From: Candidatus Enterousia sp.
GTDB lineage: Bacteria; Pseudomonadota; Alphaproteobacteria; Rs-D84
NCBI GenBank assembly: GCA_045613925.1
Contig: JAZLBV010000007.1
Span: 11,540 to 75,539, forward strand
DNA length: 64,000 nt
Reading direction: 5' to 3'
Shown: piece by piece, positions 18,281 through 28,484 of the stretch
Layout of the letters: each line of letters starts with the position of its first letter
Position numbering within the stretch: the stretch's first letter is position 1
Notes under the pieces: model-generated
Told to the model about the DNA's origin: nothing
The model's input: only the letters and a program-made list of their open reading frames with translations
Databases searched by the model: none
Translations under genes and position numbers: made by a program

Positions 18281-19931
18281 AATGTTTTATCAATGTTTTT
18301 GCGGTGGCTATAGATTCAGATGTTATTGTTGCCCCACTTATTATGCGGGCAATTTCATTGATTTTATCATCGTCTGTAATTTCTATGACCGTCGTAGTGG
18401 TTGAATTGCCATCGCTTTGTTTCGATATTTTAAAGTGTTTATCGGCAAATCCTGCGACCTGGGCAGAATGAGTTATAACCAGCAATTGTTCAGATTTAGA
18501 CAATCTGTCAAGCCGTTGTCCAACGGCGCTGGCTGTTGCGCCACTTATCCCAGTATCCAATTCATCAAATACAATAGATTTATGATTGTTTGGATTATTT
18601 AGTACAACCCGTAATGCCAACATTAAACGCGATAATTCACCCCCGGATGCAATTTTATGTAATGGTGCAAAAGGTGTTCCCGGGTTGGTTTTTATCATAA
18701 AAACTACATCGTCGATACCATTTTTTGTTGGTTCATAATTTTCTATTTTTACCATAAAATCAGCCGAACCTAATTTCAAATCAGGCAATTCAATCAATAT
18801 TTGTTTGCGCAGATTTTCTGCAGCTATTTTGCGCAAATCGCTTAATTTATGTGCAAAATCGTTGAATATAGTTGCGTTTTTTTCTACATCCGCCCTGCAC
18901 CGTTTTAATTCTGCATCTGAATTATCAATCGCATTTAATTCATTTTCCATTTGTGTCAATTTAGATGGTAATTCATCAGCAGAAACACGATGTTTACGTG
19001 CTGCTGCACGAATTGCAAACAAACGTTCTTCGATAGAATCTATATCATCAACATTTGTGTTGTCGGGTTTTATTTGTTCCGAAACTTCCGCCACAATCGC
19101 CGCAGCATCATACAATTTATCAATTTGTTCAGCGTATGGATTTGGTGTTGTTTTAATCCGTTCTAAAATATGTGCCACAGCACAAATTTGTTCATCTAAA
19201 TTATTTCCATCGTTCTTTAATACTTCAATTGCATCGTTTAATATTGCAGCATTTTTTTCAGCATCCATCATCACTGCGCGTTTAGAAGATAATTCATCTT
19301 CTTCACCTACTTGCGGATTAAGTGCACGCAATTCCGTAATATTATGTTCCAAGAAATCGCGTTCACTTTCAGATTTTTCCAATATTTCTGTTAATCGTTT
19401 GAATTGTTTTTGTGAATTGTACAAATCAACATAAGAATTTTGTGTTTGTTCTAAGACTTCTTTGAATTTTGGATTGTTTAATTTAGCATATTCGTCCAAA
19501 GCGGTCAGATGTGTTGTAGCATCTAATAATGAATGATTTTCAAACTGGCCGTGAATTTCAATAATCTCGTCGCCAATTTGTTTTAATGTTTTTATCGATA
19601 CGGGGATATCATTAACCCACGCCCGGCTTTTTCCATCACAGCCCAATGTGCGACGTAATATCAATTGTCCGTCGCAATCTATACCATTTTCATTTAATAT
19701 TTGCCGTGTGTTGTCATTTATATTGTCAAATTCTGCAGTAATAGATGCAATTTCACACCCCGAACGAATTAAACCTGTATCAGAACGTGCACCCAGTGCC
19801 AAAGATAATGCGTCAAGTAAAATACTTTTGCCAGCCCCAGTTTCCCCGGTCATAATATTTAATCCAGTGCTGAATTGTAAATTCAGCTTTTCTATTAAAA
19901 CAACATTTGAAATGCAAAGCGTATTTAACAT
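18279..19931 (-). CDS. recN: DNA repair protein RecN
   Basis: It has the Walker A 'GETGAGKSILLDAL', a long coiled-coil, the signature 'ASGGELSRLMLAL' and Walker B 'IVFDELD'. Confidence 0.95.
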   Translation of the reverse strand: MLNTLCISNVVLIEKLNLQFSTGLNIMTGETGAGKSILLDALSLALGARSDTGLIRSGCEIASITAEFDNINDNTRQILNENGIDCDGQLILRRTLGCDGKSRAWVNDIPVSIKTLKQIGDEIIEIHGQFENHSLLDATTHLTALDEYAKLNNPKFKEVLEQTQNSYVDLYNSQKQFKRLTEILEKSESERDFLEHNITELRALNPQVGEEDELSSKRAVMMDAEKNAAILNDAIEVLKNDGNNLDEQICAVAHILERIKTTPNPYAEQIDKLYDAAAIVAEVSEQIKPDNTNVDDIDSIEERLFAIRAAARKHRVSADELPSKLTQMENELNAIDNSDAELKRCRADVEKNATIFNDFAHKLSDLRKIAAENLRKQILIELPDLKLGSADFMVKIENYEPTKNGIDDVVFMIKTNPGTPFAPLHKIASGGELSRLMLALRVVLNNPNNHKSIVFDELDTGISGATASAVGQRLDRLSKSEQLLVITHSAQVAGFADKHFKISKQSDGNSTTTTVIEITDDDKINEIARIISGATITSESIATAKTLIKH

Positions 19932-19980
19932 ACGCGGATTATAGTCAAAAAAGACTGCGGATTTCAAGGTTTTTTTATAA

Positions 19981-20430
19981 TTAAATTACTTTCTGTAAAT
20001 CCCAATCGTGCAACCATAGTATATATCCCACAATTTTATATTCTGGGTGTGCAGATTTTAATAATTGTGCGTATTCGTTTAGTTGTTTTTTATATTGTTC
20101 AATAAATGTATGTTTGTCTAAATCTGATTTATAATCGATGAAAGTAATGGTTTTAGTGGTGTGGTCTATTAATAATCTATCTATGCGACGACTGATAAAC
20201 ACATCGTTTATAAAACCTGCAATCGGAACCTCGGTTTTTGCAAAGCGTGTAAAATATTGCGTAAGTTGTGGATTTTTTCTTATTTTTTCAATAATGTCTT
20301 GGTCACCAATATTGCCGACCGCAGAATCTATCACAATATTTTTTAGCATTGTATGAATCTTGGTTCCGCTTTGCGTGGCATATTTTTTATTGTTTTGTGC
20401 ATTTAAAAAATCAGTCAATTTTTGTGTCAT
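19981..20430 (-). CDS. PD-(D/E)XK (RecB-type) nuclease domain fragment of an AddA-like protein
   Basis: 'GTKIHTMLKNI', 'IDRLLI...ITFIDYKSD' and 'YKKQLNEYAQLL' (QxxxY) are present. The frame overlaps the end of the helicase ORF by 20 nt. Confidence 0.65.
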   Translation of the reverse strand: MTQKLTDFLNAQNNKKYATQSGTKIHTMLKNIVIDSAVGNIGDQDIIEKIRKNPQLTQYFTRFAKTEVPIAGFINDVFISRRIDRLLIDHTTKTITFIDYKSDLDKHTFIEQYKKQLNEYAQLLKSAHPEYKIVGYILWLHDWDLQKVI

Positions 20431-23026
20431 TTGTAATCCGTATAGTGTCTTCGTCAATTTTTGCATCTTTGATTTGAGATAAAATATTCCATAATTGTGT
20501 ATGCCACGATATTTCTGGGATTCTTTCGCCGTCGCAGCCATATATATAAAGATTATCACGTGTTCTAGTCATTGCCACATAAAGCAATCTGTAATATTCA
20601 GAAATAGAATCTGATTTGTTTTTGTCTGCTATGGCTTGCACAATATTTGAATTGGATGTTTTCCAAATCCATAAATCGTAATTGGGATTATCATGCAAAT
20701 AATTCGTATTTAATATGTTTTCAGGTTTGGGTGTGGTAATAGTATCTATTAAAAACACAATTGGCGATGCTAGTCCTTTGCTTCCGTGCACAGTCATTAT
20801 ACGAACACCATTTGATGCATCCATATCACGTTTTATTTCACTATCACCAGTAATAAACCATTTGATAAAATGATACAATGTACCTGGCTGGGTTCTTTCG
20901 TATGCCAAACACATAGTAAGAAATTCTTCGAGTGGATCTATAACTTGTTTACCAAGTGCAGAAATAATTTTTTTACGATTATCATTTTTATTTAAAACAT
21001 AGTTAAAAAATGAATATGGTGCCAGTTTTTTTGATTTATCTATCGTATCAATTAAATCATTATAAATGTTCGGTAATGTTTCACGCAAAACATCTAATAT
21101 TGTATCAAAACCCGACATCTGTTTTGTTTTGCATAAATTAAAAATATCACGTTCTTTCAATTGATAAAAAGGACTTTTTAGCACACAACATAAACTATAA
21201 TCATTTTGATTATCAATGCAAAATCTAACCAAGTGTAGCATATCTTTTATTGCAGGAAAAGACGGTAATTTTATTCTGTCACTGCCCGCTACGCTAACAC
21301 CCCTCTTTTTTAACTCTGCCGATAAAGCGTCTGCAAAAGGATTTCTTTTTTGCACCAAAACCATTATATCGTTTGGCGAACGTTTTTCTATTTTTACAAC
21401 AAACTCTATTTTTTCTGCAATAGTTTGAACGTATTGTTTTGTTTTATCGACACCAGTTGCATTATATTTTGATAAATTGTGAATCTCCACAAACCCGGGT
21501 TCGCCAAGTCTGATACACTTGTGTTTGTTGTTGTAAAAATTTGTATTTTGAACAATAGCCGGATTTTCAAAAAAACAATCTACTGTTTTTAATATTGGTT
21601 CCACAGACCTAAAACTTTGATCCAGTGGCACTTCGCGTATTGTACGATAGTTTTGTTTTATTTGTTCCGCAATCGCATCTTTGCTTAGCACAAATGCACG
21701 CGGATCGGCGCTTTGAAAGCCGTATATAGATTGTTTAGTATCGCCAACAACAAATATTGAACGATTGTTTTTTGTATTACCGTCTGTAAAAAAATCGCCT
21801 GCAAGCGTTCGTAAAACATTCCATTGTTGTGGACTGGTATCTTGTGCTTCGTCAACCAAAATATGCGAAATAGACACATCTAATTGAGACAAAACCCAAC
21901 CCATAACATCTGGTTGCGCAAATAATTTTTGCGTATATAAAATCAAATCTTCAAAATCTAAGAAATTGTGTTCTTGTTTTATATTTTTATACATGTTCGC
22001 AAAAGACAAAGATAAATCAAACAAAGCCACAGTGTTTTCAAAAATAGATTTATTTAATAAATATTGTTGAAAATTATATACACGCGTTGCTTCGTTCATA
22101 AAAGCATCATGTTTCAAAATATTTTTATTTATTTCATTTTTATCGGTCAAATAAATTGTTTTGTATTTTTGAAAATCTATTGTATTATCAATATATTGTT
22201 TTGAATAATTAACAATGTTCTGCAAATACAAGATTTGTTTTTTTGCGTCTTTTTCTTTGTTTGTAGCATAGTCAATTATTTTTATAATTTCTTGTTTTGG
22301 AACAATATCTGATTGTGGTTTATTTAATCCTAAAATTTCTTTTGTTTTTGTTATAAAATATTCACGATATTTATTAACATCATCAACCAAAAAAAATGAT
22401 TTATAGTGTCCAACTAATAATTTTTGTAAATCTGTTAAGAAATACTCTGATTTTATATCCACAATCTTATAAAAAGCATCCAAAGTATGTTTTGTATTTT
22501 CATCAACAGATGTTTTTATCATTTGTTCAAAAGCGTTTTGCAACAAAGCGGTTTGTGCAGCACCCGAAACCAGGGACCAAGAAGGACTTATACCTGCTTC
22601 AATTGGAAAACGATGCAAAATTTCTTCGCAAAAACTGTGAATTGTCTTTATTTTTAATATTTCCGGGTTATCTATGTATGTAAAAAAGATTTGTCGCGCA
22701 TACGTTATATCATCACGGCTAACAGTGTTGTTTTCGGTAATATCTTGCAATAATTCCGCCAAAGTTTCATCATCCGACATTGCCCATTTACGCAAATCTG
22801 ATAAAATTCGATTACGCATTTCGCCTGCGGCAGCATTAGTATACGTTAAACACAGTACACCAGATTTTATATTGTTTTCAGAACGTGAATCTCGGAATAA
22901 AATTCGCAAAAGTCGCAATATCAAAACCGTTGTTTTACCAGTGCCTGCATTGGCCTGGACCCAAATATTTTCATTTGGATTAGATGCTACGTTTTGATTG
23001 GGTGAAAAAATTTGTTTTTGTGCCAT
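20411..23026 (-). CDS. UvrD/AddA-type superfamily-1 helicase (helicase portion)
   Basis: Motif I 'ANAGTGKTTVL', motif II 'VDEAQDTS', motif III 'VGDTKQSIYGFQSAD', plus 'TVHGSKGLASPIVFL' and 'LLYVAMTRTRDNLYI' are present. Confidence 0.85.
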   Translation of the reverse strand: MAQKQIFSPNQNVASNPNENIWVQANAGTGKTTVLILRLLRILFRDSRSENNIKSGVLCLTYTNAAAGEMRNRILSDLRKWAMSDDETLAELLQDITENNTVSRDDITYARQIFFTYIDNPEILKIKTIHSFCEEILHRFPIEAGISPSWSLVSGAAQTALLQNAFEQMIKTSVDENTKHTLDAFYKIVDIKSEYFLTDLQKLLVGHYKSFFLVDDVNKYREYFITKTKEILGLNKPQSDIVPKQEIIKIIDYATNKEKDAKKQILYLQNIVNYSKQYIDNTIDFQKYKTIYLTDKNEINKNILKHDAFMNEATRVYNFQQYLLNKSIFENTVALFDLSLSFANMYKNIKQEHNFLDFEDLILYTQKLFAQPDVMGWVLSQLDVSISHILVDEAQDTSPQQWNVLRTLAGDFFTDGNTKNNRSIFVVGDTKQSIYGFQSADPRAFVLSKDAIAEQIKQNYRTIREVPLDQSFRSVEPILKTVDCFFENPAIVQNTNFYNNKHKCIRLGEPGFVEIHNLSKYNATGVDKTKQYVQTIAEKIEFVVKIEKRSPNDIMVLVQKRNPFADALSAELKKRGVSVAGSDRIKLPSFPAIKDMLHLVRFCIDNQNDYSLCCVLKSPFYQLKERDIFNLCKTKQMSGFDTILDVLRETLPNIYNDLIDTIDKSKKLAPYSFFNYVLNKNDNRKKIISALGKQVIDPLEEFLTMCLAYERTQPGTLYHFIKWFITGDSEIKRDMDASNGVRIMTVHGSKGLASPIVFLIDTITTPKPENILNTNYLHDNPNYDLWIWKTSNSNIVQAIADKNKSDSISEYYRLLYVAMTRTRDNLYIYGCDGERIPEISWHTQLWNILSQIKDAKIDEDTIRITNDTKID

Positions 23027-23116
23027 TTATACTCTTGCTTTCTTGTAAAGATTCTAGTATATATTTCCTTGGACTGCAAGGAAGTTTAGTTTATTATTTT
23101 TCAGGAGAAAGAAATT

Positions 23117-25036
23117 ATGAATCAAACATTGTTAATTGTATCGTTATCGCTTGGCTTTTTGTTATTTATTGCTTTAGGGTTTATCTTTTTTATTTCACAC
23201 AAATCTCAACAGGTTATGCAATCTTTGTTAGAAATTATGACACATCCAGAACAGGCAAAAATTCAAGATGCCGCACATGTTTTACAATTGTTGTTCAAAG
23301 ATGAAATCGATAAAATCGATAACAATTTTAAATCAATGTCTGATACGTTAAGTGGACAAATTCAACGCACAGAACAAATAAAAAATGATTTGACAATACA
23401 AAACGACAAATTGGTTGAATTAGCCGATGATGCAACAAAAAAAGTTGCTAATATGTCACAGCGTTTAGATAATACAGTTGATGGATTACAAACAATAGTA
23501 AATTCTGGTGCATGGCAAGACATTCAGCATATAACCGATGTTTTTACAGAAAATGTAGAAGTGTTATTAAATAAAATTTCTGATACAACAGCAACAACAA
23601 CTGAAAAATCTAATCAAATAAAAGAACAAATCGACCAATGTATAGAACAAGAAAGACAAATTTCCGAACAACTACAATCTTCATTTAACGCAGGCAACGA
23701 CAATATGAATAATTTAACAGGTTCGGCAAATCAATTGCAACAGCAATTAACAGATTTGTCAGCAAGTGTAGCTGATGGCTTTAACAATGTAAAATCTGCA
23801 TCATCTGAATATGATGAAACCATGCACCAAAATGACAAATTGTTAAATGATTATCTGACTAAGTTATCTGAATTTACTAAACGAACAGGCAAAGAATTAA
23901 TAAGACAATCTAATACATTAACAGAAACAGCAAACATAGTAGCATCTGCTGTTAGATTGGCTGAATCATCTATAGACAAACAAATCCGCAAGTTGGAATT
24001 TGCTATTGAATCTTTGAATAATTCAACAGCTACAACCCAGACGTCTGTGCGTGGTGTTGCAAATGAATTGACAGGTTTAACAAATAAATTTAATGGTGAA
24101 ATTCACGATTTTTCAACAGGGGTTGTCAAAGAATTGCAAGATGTGTCTGGTGTGGCAAATAATACTCTTGAAAACACGAAAAGCGCAGCTACAGAATTTG
24201 CTAATTCTGTAAAAAGCATGGGTATTGGTGTTCGAGAAACATTGATAGAAATGAATAAAGCACACGCACAATTATCAGGACAATCAGAAAACCTCATTAA
24301 AATGTCAACAGAAACCACCGAACAATTAAAACCATTATCTGAATTAATAGAAAGATATTATAAAGCCCTGCCCGATTTGTCTGCGGGTTCAAGGGATATG
24401 AGCGAAAACATAGAACAAATTGTGAATACATTAGTTGATAAAATTAATTTGATGAAGACAACTATTTCTGAATCATTGGAAAATATTAATAATTCATCTA
24501 CACAATTGGGTGATTTAGCAGGCCAATCACGTCAACAAATGATAGATTTAATGTCTGATTATGCCAAAGCGGTTGATGCTATGCAAAGTTTAAACAAACA
24601 AATGATGATTGCACGCGCATCTGCCCCAATGGATGCGATTAAAGTTGCACCATCTGCAACATATAAACCAGTCAGCACAAAAGATTTCTTGGCCAACACA
24701 GATAAGTTGTTTGAAAAATTGTATGAACAATCTGTCGATTTAACTCGCGCCATAGGTGCAGATATACCAGATGTAATCTGGAAAAAATATAATGATGGCG
24801 ATGATAAAATTTTTGCAAAGTGGTTGGTTAAAATGTTTGATGCAACCGATAAAAAACAAATACGCGAATTGTTGAAATCTGATAAAGTATTTAATTCCCA
24901 AGCGACACAATTTGTTCGTAATTTTGAAAAAATAATATCTGGGGCAGAACAAACAAACGATGCAGACAAAGTTAAATCACAATTATTAAAAACTGATTTA
25001 GGGATTATTTATACCGCAATACGTAAATATATGTAA
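23117..25036 (+). CDS. membrane-anchored long coiled-coil protein (639 aa), function unknown
   Basis: It has an N-terminal TM helix ('LLIVSLSLGFLLFIALGFIFFI'). About 500 aa of Q/N/E/K/L-rich heptad-like sequence follows, then a globular C-terminus. Confidence 0.6.
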   Translation: MNQTLLIVSLSLGFLLFIALGFIFFISHKSQQVMQSLLEIMTHPEQAKIQDAAHVLQLLFKDEIDKIDNNFKSMSDTLSGQIQRTEQIKNDLTIQNDKLVELADDATKKVANMSQRLDNTVDGLQTIVNSGAWQDIQHITDVFTENVEVLLNKISDTTATTTEKSNQIKEQIDQCIEQERQISEQLQSSFNAGNDNMNNLTGSANQLQQQLTDLSASVADGFNNVKSASSEYDETMHQNDKLLNDYLTKLSEFTKRTGKELIRQSNTLTETANIVASAVRLAESSIDKQIRKLEFAIESLNNSTATTQTSVRGVANELTGLTNKFNGEIHDFSTGVVKELQDVSGVANNTLENTKSAATEFANSVKSMGIGVRETLIEMNKAHAQLSGQSENLIKMSTETTEQLKPLSELIERYYKALPDLSAGSRDMSENIEQIVNTLVDKINLMKTTISESLENINNSSTQLGDLAGQSRQQMIDLMSDYAKAVDAMQSLNKQMMIARASAPMDAIKVAPSATYKPVSTKDFLANTDKLFEKLYEQSVDLTRAIGADIPDVIWKKYNDGDDKIFAKWLVKMFDATDKKQIRELLKSDKVFNSQATQFVRNFEKIISGAEQTNDADKVKSQLLKTDLGIIYTAIRKYM

Positions 25037-25065
25037 AATAAAAAAGCGCCAAAAATGACGCTTTT

Positions 25066-25692
25066 TTATTTTGTTCTAAATTGCCTCAAAAAATTGCGTA
25101 GTTTTCTGTCCATATATAATTTTTGTGGGTTACATATAACCCGATGATCTGGACATAAATTCACTGCTGCAAAATCTTCTAAATTACAGGTATTAGCACG
25201 TCGGACTTCTAAATCATTTGGCATATTTTGTCGTTTTTGCGCAATTTCTATATTGTTCACAGGCGGTTGAAACCATAAAATTTTGACCTGGTAATCGTAA
25301 AAATCTATTAACGGTGTACCACAAAACTCAGAATTTTTAAACCAATCAATCATTTCACGAATATATTTTGGTTGAATTACATCATAAACCAGATTGCGCC
25401 CCAGATTATTGCAAACTTCAAAAGAAGGAACCCCATACATCCACTTTGGTATACCAGGTTTCCAGAATGCTTCATTTACCCATAATTTGGTTGCAAAACT
25501 TTCTGTTTCAAAATATTTTTCATCACGAAAATAATATTCACGACCATCCTGTTCGCCTTCACGCATAGGACGTGTTGTTGCAGATTTAAGGTTATAAAAT
25601 GTGTTTTGTGGTAAAATATTTTTTATAAAATAACTTTTTCCACTACCTGAAACACCGGTGCAGAATAAAAGAGTTCTATATCCCGAGTCCAC
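25066..25692 (-). CDS. guanylate-kinase-like P-loop protein (divergent)
   Basis: It has the P-loop 'GVSGSGKSYF', then 'SATTRPMREGEQDGREYYF' (Gmk-type TTR...E.dG..Y.F). The remainder is divergent. GTG start with AAGGAG upstream. Confidence 0.6.
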   Translation of the reverse strand: MDSGYRTLLFCTGVSGSGKSYFIKNILPQNTFYNLKSATTRPMREGEQDGREYYFRDEKYFETESFATKLWVNEAFWKPGIPKWMYGVPSFEVCNNLGRNLVYDVIQPKYIREMIDWFKNSEFCGTPLIDFYDYQVKILWFQPPVNNIEIAQKRQNMPNDLEVRRANTCNLEDFAAVNLCPDHRVICNPQKLYMDRKLRNFLRQFRTK

Positions 25693-25751
25693 TTTTGATA
25701 CTCCTTTATGTTAATAAAGACCCGCAAAAAAATTATGCGGGCGTATTTAAA

Positions 25752-27848
25752 TTAATCTTCTAAGAAACTACGTAATTTACGTGCACGTGTTGGATGTTTT
25801 AGTTTATTCAGTGCTTTTTGTTCAATCTGACGAATACGTTCACGCGTAACACCAATATATTCACCAACTTCTTCAAGAGTACTGGTTTTATTCGTTGACA
25901 TACCAAAACGTTGACGCAAAACCGTTTCTTCTTTTGGATCCAATTCAGATAAAATTTGGGTAACAATTTTACGCAAATTCTTTTGTGCTGCAGATGTAAA
26001 CGGATTCTTTGCAGTTTCATCAGCAATAATTTCTATTCTAGAACTATCATCTTCTGTACCAACAGGCGCTTCAAGTGATATAGGACGTAAATTAACCTTC
26101 ATTGCTTTATGGATTTTATCCACAGGTAAATAAATAATTTTTGACAATTCTTCAGCAGTTGGTTGACGTCCGTGTTTATGCATAAACTGACGTGTAGCAC
26201 GTTGAATTTTGTGTATATTATCAATCATATGCACAGGAATCCTGATTGTGCGGGCCTGGTCAGCAATACTGCGCGAAATACCCTGTTGAATCCAATTTGT
26301 TGCGTATGTAGAAAATTTATTACCCAGACGATAATCAAATTTATCAACAGCTTTCATTAATCCAATATTACCATCTTGGACCAAATCAGAAAAATCCAAC
26401 CCTAAGCCACGATTGCTTGATTTTTTTGCAAATTTTATAACCAAACGCAAGTTTGCTTCTATCATTTCACGCTTTGCGCGGGCCGCTTCACTTTGGCCAC
26501 GACGAACCAATTCAACAACCTTTTTATATTCGGATGTTGGTTGACCTGTTTCTTCGGCAATTGCGGTAATATCTTCTTGAATTTTTAAAACATCGTCCTG
26601 GTGTTTTTTAGCAAAATTCTGCCACGCAGCACTTTTGTTCTTTGCCAATTTTTTTATCCAATTTCTGTTTAATTCGTTACCAACATATTCTGCTAAGAAA
26701 TCTTCACGTTTTATTTTACAAGCCAATGCCAAACGCAACATTTTTCCTTCTAACCCCATCAACAGCTGATCACGTTTGGTCAGTTTTTCCATAATTTCTG
26801 CAATTCTATCATCATTAAGACGAATCTTTCCAACATATTCAAACAATTCTAGACGTGCTTTGTTATATTTCTTTTCAAGCGCTTCGTCTGGCTTTGATGA
26901 ATTCAAAAGATTTTCCAGACGTTTTGATTGCAGTTTTTGCATACCCGAAAAGATGCGTTTTATTTTTGCAAACAAATCTGTAATCATTGGCAAAAGCGCT
27001 TCTTCCATCACTGGAATTGGAACACCAGATGAACTGCGTTGAGTATCTTCTTTTTTGCCATCTTCGTCTTCTGACAATTCTTCGTCTTCATCATCTTCTT
27101 CTGTATCAGAAGAAACAGATTCTTCTAAATCGTCCAAATCTTCATCGTTTAAATCATCAACTTGTTCCACGCCTTTGGATTTCAAAGTATCTGTCAAAAC
27201 AGCCAAGGATTTTTGTTCAGCTTCACTTGAATACATAACTTCAAGGTTTATGATATGACGCAGACGAATATCACCATTTTCAAGCTGTTGGAACCAATCC
27301 AACATTGCCTGAATTGTCATAGGGCTTTCACATAAACCATATACCATCAATCGAGATGCCGCTTCTATGCGTTGTGCAATAGCAATTTCGCCAGCTGCAG
27401 TCAACAATTGGACTGTACCAATTTGTTTTAAGTAAGATTGAACAGAATCTTGAACGCCCAGAACCAGGTTCCCCGTAGAACTGCGTTCCAATTGTTTTGC
27501 GTAATGTTCGTAATCTTCGTCATTAACATCAACCTGTTCCGCGTCAGCATTCAATAAATCACGGGTTTTATCACGGTTATAATTTTCATCGTCGTCTTCG
27601 TAATATTTTTCCATATCACGAGCAAATCTATCACCGTCTGTTTCAAGAATTTCTAATCCTAAATCTTGCTTAAAAAATTCAAGAACTTCGTCTTGTTCTT
27701 CGTCCGGAACTTCGTCTGCCTGGATAGCGGCATCAAAATCCATTTTGGACAGATACCCTATTTCATTAGCCGATATTGCCAATTCTTTCAAACTTTCCGG
27801 CAAAGAATCTACTAGTAATCTTGTTGCTTCATCTAGTTTTTTGGCCAT
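25752..27848 (-). CDS. rpoD: RNA polymerase sigma factor RpoD (sigma-70) with acidic insertion
   Basis: Region 2 'DLVQDGNIGLMKAVDKFDYRLGNKFSTYATNWI' and region 4 'TLEEVGEYIGVTRERIRQIE' are present. There is an acidic D/E tract in the non-conserved region. Confidence 0.97.
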   Translation of the reverse strand: MAKKLDEATRLLVDSLPESLKELAISANEIGYLSKMDFDAAIQADEVPDEEQDEVLEFFKQDLGLEILETDGDRFARDMEKYYEDDDENYNRDKTRDLLNADAEQVDVNDEDYEHYAKQLERSSTGNLVLGVQDSVQSYLKQIGTVQLLTAAGEIAIAQRIEAASRLMVYGLCESPMTIQAMLDWFQQLENGDIRLRHIINLEVMYSSEAEQKSLAVLTDTLKSKGVEQVDDLNDEDLDDLEESVSSDTEEDDEDEELSEDEDGKKEDTQRSSSGVPIPVMEEALLPMITDLFAKIKRIFSGMQKLQSKRLENLLNSSKPDEALEKKYNKARLELFEYVGKIRLNDDRIAEIMEKLTKRDQLLMGLEGKMLRLALACKIKREDFLAEYVGNELNRNWIKKLAKNKSAAWQNFAKKHQDDVLKIQEDITAIAEETGQPTSEYKKVVELVRRGQSEAARAKREMIEANLRLVIKFAKKSSNRGLGLDFSDLVQDGNIGLMKAVDKFDYRLGNKFSTYATNWIQQGISRSIADQARTIRIPVHMIDNIHKIQRATRQFMHKHGRQPTAEELSKIIYLPVDKIHKAMKVNLRPISLEAPVGTEDDSSRIEIIADETAKNPFTSAAQKNLRKIVTQILSELDPKEETVLRQRFGMSTNKTSTLEEVGEYIGVTRERIRQIEQKALNKLKHPTRARKLRSFLED

Positions 27849-27882
27849 AAAAAAACCTTTGATTTATTGTGAAACGTAAAAA

Positions 27883-28410
27883 TTATTTGTGTGATTTTTG
27901 AGCCTTGGCAATCGCTTCGTGTAATGCAGATTCAGAAATCAACCCCAACACAATCGGACTTTGAATCTGAATCAAAGAATATGATTTGTGGGTTTTATTA
28001 CGAATTGATGCAACAGTTGGATTTGTGCTTCGCATAAGGCGTGCAACCTGGCCATCCGATAATTCTGGATAATTTTTTAAAATCCACAAAATCCCGCCTA
28101 AACGATTTTGACGATGCAATTTTGGAGTATAACCAACACCTTTTTTGTTTTGTTTCTTTTGAGCTTCGATAATAACATCACGCAAAGTCAAACGTGCGTT
28201 CGGATCAGCTTCGCATTTTTCAATATCTTCACGTGTAACCTGACCATTGATAATCGGGTTAAGTCCCTGCATTTTATTTGATTCAGCATCAGCAATATTT
28301 TTAACCTCTAATTCATGCAGGCCACAAAATTCACCGATTTGTTCAAATGTTAACGCAGTATTTTCAATCAACCAAAGGGCTGTAGATTTTGGCATATATG
28401 GGTAATTCAT
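27883..28410 (-). CDS. DUF1013 family protein (TrcR-like cell-cycle regulator family)
   Basis: 'MPKSTALWLIENTALTFEQIGEFCGLHELEV' matches my recollection of the conserved DUF1013 N-terminus. It lies adjacent to rpoD. Confidence 0.65.
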   Translation of the reverse strand: MNYPYMPKSTALWLIENTALTFEQIGEFCGLHELEVKNIADAESNKMQGLNPIINGQVTREDIEKCEADPNARLTLRDVIIEAQKKQNKKGVGYTPKLHRQNRLGGILWILKNYPELSDGQVARLMRSTNPTVASIRNKTHKSYSLIQIQSPIVLGLISESALHEAIAKAQKSHK

Positions 28411-28484
28411 GAATATTCCTCTTTTAAGCTGTGATGTAATATAGCACAAAACGCACTATATTCAAGCGGTTTTTTATAAAAATT

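Noticed and set aside
18805-19434. 209-aa plus-strand ORF inside recN.
   Set aside because: It is an antisense shadow ORF of a well-supported gene, with low-complexity Ser/Ala/Ile-rich translation. The same reasoning rejects 58307-59170, 52427-52942, 53044-53559, 55062-55559, 24559-24969, 34182-34556, 35145-35510, 37705-38094, 41484-41864, 47603-48049, 48384-48815 and other overlapping track ORFs.
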